A stretch of DNA of 64,000 nucleotides, taken from the NCBI GenBank assembly GCA_964016885.1, contig CAXHJY010001340.1:1-64000 (forward strand), given 5' to 3'. Within the stretch, counting starts at the first letter, position 1; every line of letters starts with the position of its first letter. Position numbers and translations under genes: made by a program. A model generated the notes under the pieces. The model did not search any database, was not told the DNA's origin, and worked only from the letters and a program-made list of their open reading frames with translations. Of this stretch, positions 27,606 to 40,229 are shown piece after piece. Origin of the DNA: Eledone cirrhosa (Eukaryota).

Positions 27606-27801
27606 ACGTAAGACAGCTGAATACCAGCGGGCTGCTCGAATTCAAATGACATCCACACGCAATGCTGGCATCTACATGGATCTTGCTATGGATTCTCCAA
27701 TCTCCAAATCAGGCCTCCCTATTGGTGCACCAATCTATAACTCATTGAAGAAACATCCAGATCAGTACACATTTATATCAGATGATGAACTTGATCTGTA
27801 A
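27606..27801 (+). CDS. Terminal exon, cytoplasmic tail with YMDL, YNSL and YTFI motifs, ending SDDELDL*
   Basis: tttttcag acceptor in matching phase 2; frame equals ORF 27568..27801; AATAAA at ~28138 and ~28277. Confidence 0.82.
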
Positions 27802-28399
27802 ACCAAACACAAGATGTGTCTATTTTCTTTAACCGCCTGTTATATTGTTAATCCAGAATTCTTGTGAAACGGATTGAGATTTTAGTGAGAACTTCTGATA
27901 ATCTTCCAAACAGCCAGATTTCCAACTAATGTGGCCTAAATCCCTTTTGTGTTGTTCAGTAGGACTACGTATTCTAGGTCCTCAATTATGTGAGCACTAC
28001 CTCAGAGTGGATAGTGTGGTTGTGAGATTTCACTAAGATTTTTGGTTCTGTTGGTTATTTCTGTGGTGTAATCTGCTGGCTCATCAATAACTAACCTTTG
28101 TAATAATGTTTATAGAAAGCATACCAATTAATTTAACAATAAATTTAATTATCAAAATAATTAATTAAATATGCACTAAACAGCCATCACTATCTCTTTA
28201 TATCTGTAGGGCAACGTTAGGTGAACCTATTTTTCACAACACAGTACAGCCATCACTGTATTGCATGACAAATGTAAATAAAAGTCTCTTTGTCTCTGTG
28301 GACAGAAAAAACATAGATATACTTACCTGAATTGATTCAAATCTTACTTAATTCTCATTAGAGAATGCCACTTGATCTGCCTATATATATATATATATG

Positions 28400-28635
28400 T
28401 GAAATATATCCGTAGGAAAGGTAAAGGAAAGGAGAGTGCTCTATGTATGTTACAGAGCTATTTAATTATGTAATAAACACCATAAGACAATTATTCCATT
28501 TACCAAAGGTTTCACGAAGACAGACAAGCTCAACAGCATTCTGATGAGCGATTTCAGATGTCTCTGTTGAGCTCGTCTGTCTTCATGAAACCTTTGGTAA
28601 ATGGAATAATTGTCTTATGTTGTTTATTACATAAA
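28400..28635. mobile_element. Fold-back PLE-type terminus with a + strand hammerhead at 28537-28604
   Basis: 28465-28536 is the inverse of 28564-28634; catt-CTGATGA-(long stem II cagatg/cgtctg)-GAAA-cctttgg-TA-aatg; flanked by (TA)n; homologous to 8670-8820. Confidence 0.75.
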
Positions 28636-29687
28636 TATATATATATATATAATAATGCAAATCAAACAAATCAGTGAAGTGAATTCACTACAGTTAGTGT
28701 CTATATATTGCTGTTAACTATATCTCTAATAAAAATCAATAAGATTTAAAATCCTTTTTTTTTTTTTTTATGGTCCATGAAGAGAAAGACATTTGTGATA
28801 ACATGATGTTGATTCCAATGTGTTGTAAAAAAAAACTGGTCTACCATGTCATTAGATCAAAGTAAAGATTTAAACATTATCAATAAATCAATATAGAAAA
28901 CAATTTAATAAACTTGTGTCCTAGCCCACACTCCCATTTCAACATACTTTACTAATTGACACCTTACTGACCAGCAACTAACTGCACCCAGTTAACATTA
29001 TCCTTCAGTATATATTAAAAGCTTAGTATACACCTATAGTATAAATCCTAACCTCACACAGTTATTCATCTATATCCCTTGCTAGCAGGAGCAACCAATA
29101 TTAACCCTTTAGCATTTAAACCAGCCTTAACCTGCTGCTCATACTGATGTTTAGGTATTGTTCTCAAAATAAATAACATCAAAATCTCATAGCTTCGATA
29201 TGTGAGATAAAGCCTTTACTATGAAAATACAATAGTAAATATAGAGTAATGTAAATACTAAAGGGTTAAATGAGGATGATGATGATGATGATCCCTCTAT
29301 ATAGGTTTATACAGTAATGTCATCAAGTTATCCTTATTCCTTCTGTCTTTCCTCAAATGAAATCATAAAAAAAAATGAAGCTAAGCAATCTTAGTCTGAG
29401 CAACATATCAAACTGTCTGAAATGTCCATTCCCCAATATAGTGCCTCATCAAATATTTTAGTTTCTACTTCTCACAGCACATTCCTCTTTGTTATATTTC
29501 ATCCCAATAATTAACATTGACCAACGAATTAATTGTTCAATCACATTTAGATTATTTTTTTTTGTTTTTGTATGTTCCACCCCACCCCTCTCTCATTGAC
29601 CACCAATCAGTGCCATTGTTGAAAAAGTAACTAAAACACATCTCCATGTTAGTTGCCTACCACTTCCACCCTACCACTTCACTGAAC

Positions 29688-29738
<51 letters not shown>

Positions 29739-29781
29739 TTTACCTGTTCCAGCCCACTGACTGAGGCCATTCTGGGGCACC

Positions 29782-29813
<32 letters not shown>

Positions 29814-29867
29814 TTCGTTTTTGTATTTGTTTTGCAAGATTTCTTATCTGAAAATGTGTGTTGAAAC

Positions 29868-30120
29868 AGATATTGTTATACTTTGGGAGGGCCATGCTGC
29901 CAAAAAATACACATGCACCTGTTAGTTTTCACTTCAATTTATTACAAATCCCCAGTTAGTTGGTTTATTAACGAGTTGGTTGTTTATTTAAATCAATAAA
30001 CAACCATCCAGTTATTAAACCAACCACCTGGAAATTTGTAATAAATTGAAGTGAAAACCAACAGGTGTGTGTGTGTATTTTTATTGGCAGCATGGCCCTC
30101 CCAACATATAACAATATATA
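29868..30120. repeat. Diverged fold-back inverted repeat; same family at 60708-60845 and 21055-21090
   Basis: ttgttatactttgggagggccatgctgcc... versus ...ggcagcatggccctcccaacatataacaa. Confidence 0.8.
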
Positions 30121-32992
30121 TATATAGATACACACACATATAAACCTTCCACAATGTACCATTTATCAGGAAGCTGCATTATTTGTTACATTACCTTACT
30201 AATTTCATAATTTAATAGATGATGACGATGATGATTAGGATTAAAATTTTAGATTGATTTTTATATGTCTTTCCAAAAGCCTTTTGTAATCAAATATATT
30301 TAGATTTTGCTTCAGATATTCTTCCACTCTAAATTTTAACATACACTTACAGCAATAACATGTATAATATGATAATTAATGGTGATCATTTGTGAATTCG
30401 TTATAAAATATGAGAGGCAGGTAAAGTATATATAATATTGATATCTTGCTTAGGGAGACAATCCAATGTCTGTAGCAGAATATAGATTCCAAGTTGACAA
30501 GCCAGCTTGTGTTCATTATATTTCTCTACGTGGTTACTGTGCCTCATGATAATAATAATTATACCATTTTGTTTATGGATCATTTTATTGTAAAATATAT
30601 TTGAAGAAAACAAATGAAATTTGTACCGGAATTTTCCTTTAAAATTTCTAATCAATGATTAAATATGTTATTTATTTTACTTCCAAACCCCTCTTATACA
30701 ATTATTCCTTGTGAACTTCAGGTGGTTGACTCCTATAACACAGATATACATATTTATACTTGGAGAGGGACGGTTTATTCATAATTGTTGTATTTCTATT
30801 TTTATTAATTAATCATTGTATCATGGTCAACATTTTCTCAGTATTATTAAATTCTGAATTTCAGAAAAGATTTAAATTTAAAAAATTAATAAAATAAAAT
30901 AAAAACATTTCATTTGTTTTGACTTTATCATTATTTTAAATTTACAGGGATTTTTGTCTCAGTAAAAGCTGTTTACATTTAGTTTCAGTTGTGCCAAAAC
31001 TATCTTCATGTATTTCAAAATACGAGTGTGAGATGCATATTTGTTTGCCAAACAAAGGATTGGAAAGACCCTTCAGTCATGTGGAGGACATAACCTCCCT
31101 AGTATTGGTGATCTACACAATAAACCCACTCAGTACATGCTGGGAAGTGGTTGGTGATAGGAAGGGCATTCACCTGCAGAATGCTTGTCAAATAAAGGGT
31201 TGGGAAGACCTCAGTTGTGTCAAAGACATAACAACCTCCCCTGAGCACTTGATAGAATGTGAGATCATACATAAGCAAGACGACAGAACCCTTGCTTGTC
31301 GGAGATCAGTAACCACTGCTTCAGTACTGACATGGTCTATGTAGACCAATCCACCCCTTGTTTTTTTTTTCATTTTTTTCATTTTGTAAAAAAACCTCAC
31401 TTTCTAATATATATATATATGGACTGTGTATATTACCTCTGTAATATTATGAGTAATACATTCATCAATAATGTGGAGAGTTCTATATAATATCGATGTA
31501 TTGTCAACTAATATTCTCTATCTAGCTTTGTTTTGCGATGTGGGGAATTGCTTGTTCTTCTGAGTGACAGACATTTACACATGCCAATAGTCCTTACTAG
31601 TATGAAGATGACTGGAAGTTGATGTATCTAAGAACTTTACTGTTCCAAATGAAGTGTAATATACTCTTAAGAAAATATGAGGTAACCTTAATAATTGTTT
31701 CTACTTTTGGCATTAGGCCAGCAGTTACTTCCAGTGCATTACTGGTATTTTATTTTATCGACCCCCCCCCCCCCCCCCCCCCCGTAAGGATGAAAGGCAA
31801 AGTTAACTTCGGCGGGATTTGAACTCAGAAAGTAAAGGGCCATAACTCTGCTGCAAAGCATGTTGTCTGACGCTCTACCGATACTGCCAATCCACACCCT
31901 TAGGTAACCTTAATGATAGAGATAAAACTAAACCATTGTTGTGACTTTTTAATACAGCATGTCTAAAGAAAAGTTTAAATTGTTATATATTTGTATAATC
32001 ATTATCGTCGTTTTATCTTCTGCTTTCCCTGCTAGCAAGGGTTAGACGTGTCTACACAGACCAAGTGAACAGTGAAGCAGTCATCACTGACAAGCCAGGA
32101 TCTGGTCTCGCTTATGTTCGGTCTTGCAATGAGGAGGTTGTCATGTCTTTGACACAATTGAAGGGTCTTCCCAACCCTTTGTTTGGCAAGCTTTCTACTG
32201 TCGGATGCCCTTCCTATCACCAACCACTTTACCACATGTAGTGAGTGTGTTTATCCCCAACACTAGGGAGGCTATCATGTCCTATGGTTACTAATAGTTA
32301 CATTGCAAGCAATCTTTGAAAAATATAAGCAGAGAAATCTTCCACGAAAAATTCTCATAGGTGCTAACAGGGATTCATATATAATGATTCCGGGTTGTTA
32401 TAAGGGACACAACTCTATTAGAAACTTCTCAACTGAGTAGGGTTATCTTTCTTACATTTAAGCAGAGAAAATATATGAAAGAGCTCAAAACTTGAATATA
32501 GAGTTGTTCTACTACTTTTCCTCGTATCTAACTCATACAAGCATTGAAAATGATAGTGGTAGGGGTGAATGAAAAGGTTTCTCAGTTACCTTAATTTTTA
32601 AGAATCGGGGGATAGGTAACTGCAGACTATACTACCAGCAAATGAAGTCTGTCTAGTGTATGCTTGCTTGCATACTGCAGTATGGCCAGTTCAGGAAACT
32701 GCAGAATATAAGGTCTATCTAGTGTATGCTTGCTTGCATACTGCAGTATGCCCAGTTCAGAGGCCTGTAGAAGATAAGGTTTGTCTAGTGTATGCTGTAG
32801 TATGGTCAGTTCAATATCTTTATAGAATTCAATATTTTATATGGCAGAACTTTAACTTATCTGATAGGTTGTTGAGATCGTAAATGTCTGTGTTAACAAA
32901 AGAACCCATATGGCATCGAATAAACCTATAAAATCAAACCTTTGCCAATGAGCAGAGTCCTTCGAGTATGTAAAATGAAATCAGTTTCATTA

Positions 32993-33982
32993 AAGGGTCG
33001 GACGCCATGCTTTGTAGCAAAGAGTTACGGCTCTTTATGGTCTGAGTTCAAATCCTGCCGAGGTTAACTTTACCTTTCATCCTTACGGGGTCGATAAAAT
33101 AAAGTACCAGTAATACACCGAGACAATTGCTGGCCTTGTGCCAAAAGTAGAAATAATTATTAATGATAAGCAGGTGGTGGATTGGCAGTAATCGGTAGAG
33201 CGTCAGACAATATGCTTTTCAGCATATAGTTACATCCCTTTATCTTTTGATTTCAAATCCCACCGAGGTTAGCTTTACTTTTCAATAAAAAAAAAGTACC
33301 AGTAATGCTCTGGTAGGCGGTTCTGAGGGGCAACCAGATGACATGTCCGCACCAGCACATGCAATGGATGGCTACGAGGCGAGAGGCTGCGGGCTGTGCG
33401 TGCGTGCTTGCAACTCTTTGTTGGAAGTGTGGTGGAACCATCTGATGTTCTTGATGGTCCTCAGGGTTCTGCTATCGAAGCCGCAGATCCTTTTGCATTG
33501 AGACCGATTTGATTTAATCGACTTTCCCCTCCCCCCAAATTGTTGGGCTTGTGCCTAAATTAGAGACTATAAATCGTGATAAGGAGGGTGGGGGATTGGC
33601 AGTATCAGCAGAGCGTCAGACACCATGTTTCATGGCATGTAGTTATGTCCCTTTACGTTCTGAGTTCAAAAGGCTTTGCCTTTCATCCTTACAGGGTCAA
33701 TAAAATAAAGTATCAGTTATACACAGGAGTCGATTTAATTGATTTTCACTTCCCCCAAAATTGTTGGCCTTGTGGCTAAATTATAACCCATTGGGGGATT
33801 GGCAGTATCGGTAGAAGGATGGACGCCATGCTTTGCAGCATAGAGTTACGCCCCTTTATGGTCTGAGTTCAAAACCCGTCGAGGTTAACTTTGCCTTTCA
33901 TCCTTACGGGATCACTAAAATAAAGTACCAGTAATGAACTCGGATAATTACTGGCCTTGTGCCAAACGTAGAAACAATTATT
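32993..33982 (+). mobile_element. Four SINE family A copies with an RTE fragment (33310-33500, minus) nested in one
   Basis: Repeated family A consensus; the insert is the reverse complement of 38010-38190. Confidence 0.85.
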
Positions 33983-34128
33983 AGTGATAACATTAATGTA
34001 AGTTGTATTGGGTGTTGCTGAAGAAATCAAAGGATAAAATTTGGTGATTGCATAAACCTAAAGTCGTGTTTATCAGAAATAATAATGTACTAATTACAGT
34101 ATATGTCGAGGATATGACTGCCCCATAA

Positions 34129-34159
<31 letters not shown>

Positions 34160-34390
34160 ATTTCTATGTCGGGTCATTCTTGCATGCTACTGGTAACATG
34201 TGGTCCGGTGCAGCCTATCGCATGATCGGGTCGTCGGGGACTGGACCGGCAGCCCCACCAAGTTTCTTGGGGAGGAGAGGGATTTTGGACGCCCTGCGGG
34301 ACCGAGGGCAAGGCCTGGCAGAGGGTGGAAGAACTCATAAGAGTCAACGGCCATCCAAAAATGTGTAAATATGTATATACGCATGTAGTG

Positions 34391-34765
34391 CAGGCGCATG
34401 GCTTAGTGGTTAGAGCAGTAGGCTCGCAATCGAAAGGTTGTGAGTTCAATTCTCGGTCCGGGTGATGTGTTGTTTCCTTGAGCAAGACACTTTATTTCAC
34501 GTTGCTCCAGTTTACTCAGCTGAAAATGAGTACCAGCAATAGCTGGAGGTTTAACCATGCGATGGACTGGCGTCATGTCCAGGGGGGAGTCTTGTACTCT
34601 CAGTCGCTTCACGCCATGAAACCGGGATAAGCACCGGCCAAATGAGCCTTCTGGCTTAAGACAGACTTTAGACTTACGGCCTGCCCGCCCAGCCAGTGGG
34701 ATGGTGTCATCGTATGGCTAAAACAGCACGTGCTGTGACCAGCGGCGCCCGACAGACTGGTCGGT
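34391..34765 (+). mobile_element. Apparently full-length tRNA-derived SINE family B nested in the repeat at 34170-35185
   Basis: A-box tggcttagtgg, B-box gagttcaattc, then ccttgagcaagacacttt (CORE-like) body. Confidence 0.85.
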
Positions 34766-36729
34766 CAAGGTGATCAAGGTGACATGTACATACGTATGTA
34801 TATGTATATATGAGTGTGCATGTGTATATATATGCGTTGAGACATACTAATAGTCAGGGTAGATACCCGATCACGCGGTTAAACCACTGGGAGTGAGGGC
34901 CCCTAGCCTTTGTCAACGCATTCTTCTAGGAGAAGGCAACTCAGGAAACTGGGATAACTCCGATATAAAACCTGCGGCTCAGTAGTTACCGATGATGTTC
35001 ATCTTTTCTTCTTTTCGGGTTATAGCTACTGTCGCTCAGAGAGTGGAATTGGCTCAGTGCACAGTCTTTCCCCACTTAAAAAAAAATCTTCACGCACAGG
35101 CATTGCGATCACGCGATAGCATTAATTGATAATTATTAATAATGTTATATCGTGCAATGGCCATACTCGATAACGAGGGGAAGTCATTATCACGTATGTG
35201 TGTGTGTGTGTGTGTGTGATGCACCAGCGAGGGAGAACATGGATTCTGCGCCTGTTAGAAATAACAGCTAAAACTGAGCTGTGATTTTGTGGAAGACCAG
35301 CAGTCGCTCAAGTATAACAATCTTACGTCTCCACACCACTTATGTTGTCCAAGAGAAAGACAACGCCCGATACAGCTAGTACAATTGACGTCACAATACA
35401 TTTCTAGATCAACATGAAATAAAATGTTTCTTGGAGGAAAAAACACTCCACCTGGTCCAGGAATCGAGCTCACAACCTCATGATTGTGAAATCCAACGCT
35501 GCTAACGCTAACCCACATGCACCTAAAGAAAAAAAAAAGTGACATGTCAAGGGAGATAACCCTAACTGACAACTGTACAAGTACTCTCATTAATAAACAA
35601 CAATGGCTACAGATTCACAATCTGACGGTGAATGGGAAGAGGTAAAAATACGATAATATTTAGTTATCATTTCTCTGTTATACATATTCTGTTGTTGAGC
35701 TGTTACTTATAGTTATTTAACTTTCTATTATACCTCTTGTGATACAGTTATATTTATATATTAACTCCCTATCACCCGTGGTAATGTTGCGAGCGTGTTG
35801 GCTTGCCTCAATGTATTCCGTTGACCCTCATAAGGTGCGACCAATTGTCACACTTGGTGAATTGATGGTCATTTTATTTTTTATTTTTGCTTTCCCCCTT
35901 TTTCTTCTTTCTCTCGCTCTGGTCATATGTTTTTTTGTGAGATTCCTGGCAATGGTTGATTGTATTTGTGATATGCGTATATATTTGTGTTTATCAACGA
36001 CATTATATTTGTAATATTATTTTCCAAGAATTGTGAGCAATTTGTAATGTTATATATATATATTTAATATAGAAAAGCTTCTACAGTATTAGAACTGTTT
36101 CATTTGTGAGAAATTCGTGTAGAAGCTTTTCTATATTAAATATTTATACTCTGCTTTGTATTGAGTACCTTACTTACTGTGGTTAACCCCAATTGAACCC
36201 AGGATTATCTTATATATATATATTGTAATGTTATTTATGTATATAAATATGTATTTAAGGAGGTATTAATAATTTATTTATGTATATAAATAAATTATTA
36301 ATACCTCCTTATCATGCATGTTCCGTTGTCGTCTCTTAGTCAATCATCCTAATTTTTTTATTATTATATATATATATATATATACGAGCCGAGGAAGAAT
36401 GCCTAACATTAATCATAAGACTAAGGAACCCCAACCAAGCCTTATTCTAACCCTAATATATATATATACAAGATTAATCCGGTGATATGGACAAGATAAA
36501 ATGTTTTTCAAAGGAGTTCTGTTATCAGTAATTCCCTATTTATAATTCTAAATCTGGTTAATTCCATCCTCAGTCCAGCCTGCTGGATCTAATTATAACA
36601 GCAAGAATAAATACACACGGTCCGCGCATATTTATTGTTGCTGTTTCATTAAACCCCGTGGTCTGTATTTCACTCTTTATTTATCTTATTACTTTAGGCT
36701 ATCTTTCGTTTTGGATAGACGTGATGTAA

Positions 36730-36975
36730 ACAATGTGACTTCCGTCATTCTCCGGAAGTGTTTAGATATATATATATATTTTGTTGATATAACTATAAAT
36801 TGATTAAACATACAGAAAAAGAAAGCAGTATTGGAAACGACTATAAATGTGAAGGGGGGGGGGGGGAGAGAACAGGGACTACTAGACAAAGGAAGAAAGA
36901 AATCGGGAAGGGGAGAGATGACTATACCGAAGTCGGAGCGGTGTTTCGTTTGTGCTCCGCGGAAAATGGCCAGTG
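36730..36975 (+). promoter_or_regulatory. Probable housekeeping promoter of GTF3C6
   Basis: Local CpG enrichment; ETS-type motifs acttccg (36738) and ccggaagtg (36752); YY1-like aaaatggcc overlapping the ATG at 36966. Confidence 0.6.
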
Positions 36976-37053
36976 ACACCCGCTGCAACAGCCGCTCCAC
37001 CTCGCGGGTTCCTTCCTCAGACGGACTGCTCTCGCCCCGATTTTACAGAAGAG
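36966..37053 (+). CDS. GTF3C6: GTF3C6 probable exon 1 (reading frame unresolved)
   Basis: ATG in GC-rich region and GAG|GTATG donor; 88 nt, which is out of phase with the acceptor at 40142 but in phase with the acceptor at 40152. Confidence 0.55.
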
Positions 37054-37649
37054 GTATGCTGCAATTGTCAAGCACCCTCGTGAGCAGAAATTTACTAAAA
37101 TCTGTAATATAAACTGAATATGTTCTATGGCATAACTGGAGTAAAACTAAAATATTTAATAAATGAAGGGGAAATAATTTGACCAACTAGTTAAATGTTT
37201 AGTCAAGTTTTTGGAGTATTTTAACTAATGTTATAGATACATGCAGCGAATTGACAGAGTTGTTAGAACGTCGGATAGAATGTTTTGTGGTATTAGTTCT
37301 TGCTCTTTCTTCTCTCAGTTCATATCCTGCAGAGGTCAACTTTCATCCTTTCAAGGTCGATAAAAAAAGTACCAGTCTATTACTGTGGTCAATTTTTCCT
37401 CTATATTTCTTCCTCACTTCCTCTCCCTCACTCTCTAGCCTTCTCTAGAAGAAATCTGCTGCATTCATACTTGGAGAGGAGATGGGCTCCACCATGTTTT
37501 TTAAAAAGCCCTAGAAATGCCATATGTCAATACGGCACCCCCTACAACTCCCTCGGGAGTAATGGGTTCATACATAAATACATATTTTATTAATTTAATA
37601 TTGTTTTCCTTCTGCTATTTCATATATATTAAGATTATATACAATTTAA

Positions 37650-37840
37650 GGGCGGTGGATTGGCAGTATCGGTAGAGGGTCGGACGCCATGCTTTCCAGC
37701 ATAGTTACGTCCCTTTACGATCTGAGTTCAAATCCCGCCGAGGTTGACTTTGCCTTTCATCCTTATGGGGTCGATAAAATAAAGTACCAGTAATGCACTG
37801 AGTAATTGCTGGCCTTGTGTCTAAAGTAGAAACAATTATA
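37650..37840 (+). mobile_element. Full-length tRNA-derived SINE family A (about 20 copies in the window)
   Basis: A-box tggcagtatcgg, B-box gagttcaaatcc, central gcctttcatcc...ggggtcgataaaataaagtaccag resembling the MetaSINE/LF-SINE conserved domain (from memory). Confidence 0.88.
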
Positions 37841-37959
37841 TACAATTTATATAATGATATATACAAATTCATGGAACTATTGCCTCTGTTGGCAACAAAG
37901 GAGTGAAAGGCAGGTTATATGGTGTTTCATTTTGGTAACACTGTGAAAAACTTTTTAGA

Positions 37960-38400
37960 CAGCATCAACTATGGAGCAGAAACGTGGCTCCTCACAAAGA
38001 CCCTGGCAAAAGGATCAACGGCTTCGATAGCAGAACCCTGAGGACCATCAAGAACATCAGATGGTACCACCACGTTTCCAACAAAGAGTTGCATGCATGC
38101 ATGCATCAGCCTGCAGCCTCTCGCCTCGTAGCCATCCATTGCATGTGCTGGTGCGGACATGTCATCTGCCTGCCGCCAGATCACCCTACCTGGACCTTAC
38201 TCTAGTTCGATGCAGTGACTACAGGCTGGAAGAAGCCCTGCTGTAGGCCCCGCATCAGATGGTTGGATGTCATCAAGGAAGATCTCCAGAGACTCGACGT
38301 CACCTTGGAGGATGCAGAGGAGCAGGCACAAGACTGCCAGTGATGGAGGGCACTGCTAGACCTGGTCAGCTCTACGTATGAAGATGCCTCAGGATCACTG
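37960..38400 (+). mobile_element. Degenerate RTE-type LINE 3' fragment
   Basis: YGAETWLL...RINGFDSRTLRTI..IRWYHHVSNKEL...WCGHV...RPRIRWLDVIKEDL with frameshifts. Confidence 0.8.
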
Positions 38401-39289
38401 ACCCAAGATGACCCCAGTCTCATCAAACATGATCACAAACATTCCCTTTTCACGTTGGTATACCTTGTTATGTCTGATACATTCAGACATTATTTACTTC
38501 CTGTTTTCTTTTTCTTTAATCTTCATTCCCAAGCATGAACCTAAGACTGTGTTTCATTTATTCTTGAGCTATATGATGGAGTCCCCCCTCAAAAATGACA
38601 TGTCAGTGTTCAACAAAAATAGAGCAAAAGCAGATCCCAGGCAAGAACCAGTTAATCCATCTGATGAGCACATGTGTAATTTCAGGCCTGTAATGTTACA
38701 GGGATGGTTACAGACACTGCATGTCAACTTTTCCAAATGTTCAGAAACGATGCGAGTCCTGAGATGAATCTTTAGCCCAGCATTTGACCAAGCTGAAAAG
38801 TTGCAATGAAGACATTGATAGTTTGTAGGAACAGGGTTGTATATATGTGTGTGTGTTTGGGTCCAACCCATGCAAGCATGGAACATCATCATCATCATTT
38901 AATGTCTATCTTCCACGCTGGCATGGGTTAGACGAGAATTGTCCCATTTGAGGCAAGATTGGTCGGGTGGCCGTGTCTCATTCGTATAGGACTATCTGGC
39001 AGGTTTTCTATGGCTGGATGCCCTTCCTAACACCAACCACATTTACAGTGTGGACTGGGAGCTTTTTACCGTGTCACCTACACGGCCACATTACAGCGTT
39101 GACTGTGTTTTTTTTTTGTTGTGACACCTACACGACCTCATTAGTTTGGACTGGATGTTGTGGTACCAACATAACTTTATAGAGAAAGGGGTGGTGTTGG
39201 CGGGAGTGGAAGAGTGGAGTAGGGGTAGTGGGTTGGGGTGAATGTTTGGTTTGGAGGGGCCTACTGACTGTAGGTTAACTTTGCACGTA

Positions 39290-39602
39290 GGGAAGGCGGG
39301 TCTTCTGTATTACTGCGTGGCACCAAAGATCTTGATCCAGTGACATTGTCTTAGAGAGGTGCAAGGTCAGAATTTATCATGTCGTCCCAGGTTTTTCTGG
39401 GCCTGTCTACTCCATAACTTCCATCAATTTTGATCGCCCTGCACTTTTTTATATAGCTATCATCCTTCATGCGCATCACGTGACCATGCCAACGTAATCT
39501 TCTCTCAAGTAAACAGCATCTGATCCCTCTTATTCCTAATTTCTCACTTAGTTCATTTATATTTTGCCGTTCGTGTATATTACTATTACACATCCAATGG
39601 AG
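39290..39602 (-). mobile_element. RTE-type LINE 3' fragment, same family as 16277-16720
   Basis: ORF 39351..39698 contains RRLRWHGHVMRMKDD...RPRKTWDD. Confidence 0.85.
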
Positions 39603-40142
39603 CAATGTATAAAAGCCAGGCAAATTTACTGTCCCGTCAGAGCAAGTTATGGCTTTGCCAATTCTGGTCAGATTTGTCTCTCGATGTGGATGACCCATCT
39701 AACCCATGTAAGCATGGAAAATGGACATTAAACAGTGATAATGATAATAAAACACGAAATTTGTGGGTCTGGGAATTGGTAACATAGTTTCCTCCCTTCT
39801 GAAAAAAAAAAGAAAATCCTTACCACTGCTACTGCTACAATGATGACAAATTTGACCCTTTTACCACTGCTAACTACTACTTCCACTACTACTGCTACCA
39901 CGAGGAAGACGCCAATAAAGGAGGAGGACAAGTAGATGACAGTTTAAGAAATATGTGACTTCATGTAAATGTTGTAATGAAGGAATTACTAAAATAAATA
40001 TTTTTTTACCATACACTCTGTCATTTTTTAAATTTCTTTATTATGTATTTATGTTTCTCTAAAATAATAAATATTTTTCTATTTTATTATACAATATTTT
40101 TTTTCTTCAATGTCTTACCATTTATTTTATCTATATTTCCAG

Positions 40143-40229
40143 GAATCTACAGTCCTTGTAGAACTATCTGGGGTCATAGACTGTGATTTCCTCAATACTG
40201 AAGAAACTAAATATCACACTAAAGCTCTG
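40143..40229 (+). CDS. GTF3C6: General transcription factor IIIC subunit 6, exon 2 (ESTVLVELSGVIDCDFLNTEETKYHTKAL)
   Basis: tttccag acceptor, CTG|GTAAG donor; matches remembered human GTF3C6 LVLVELSGIIDSDFL...KVL. Confidence 0.92.

Noticed and set aside
34391-34465. Possible tRNA gene
   Set aside because: It has A and B boxes but continues into a multi-copy SINE body, with no complete cloverleaf or terminator recognised.
39840-39935. Acidic ORF end (KEEDK) as an alternative GTF3C6 first exon
   Set aside because: It ends in TAG without a good donor and lies in low-complexity sequence.
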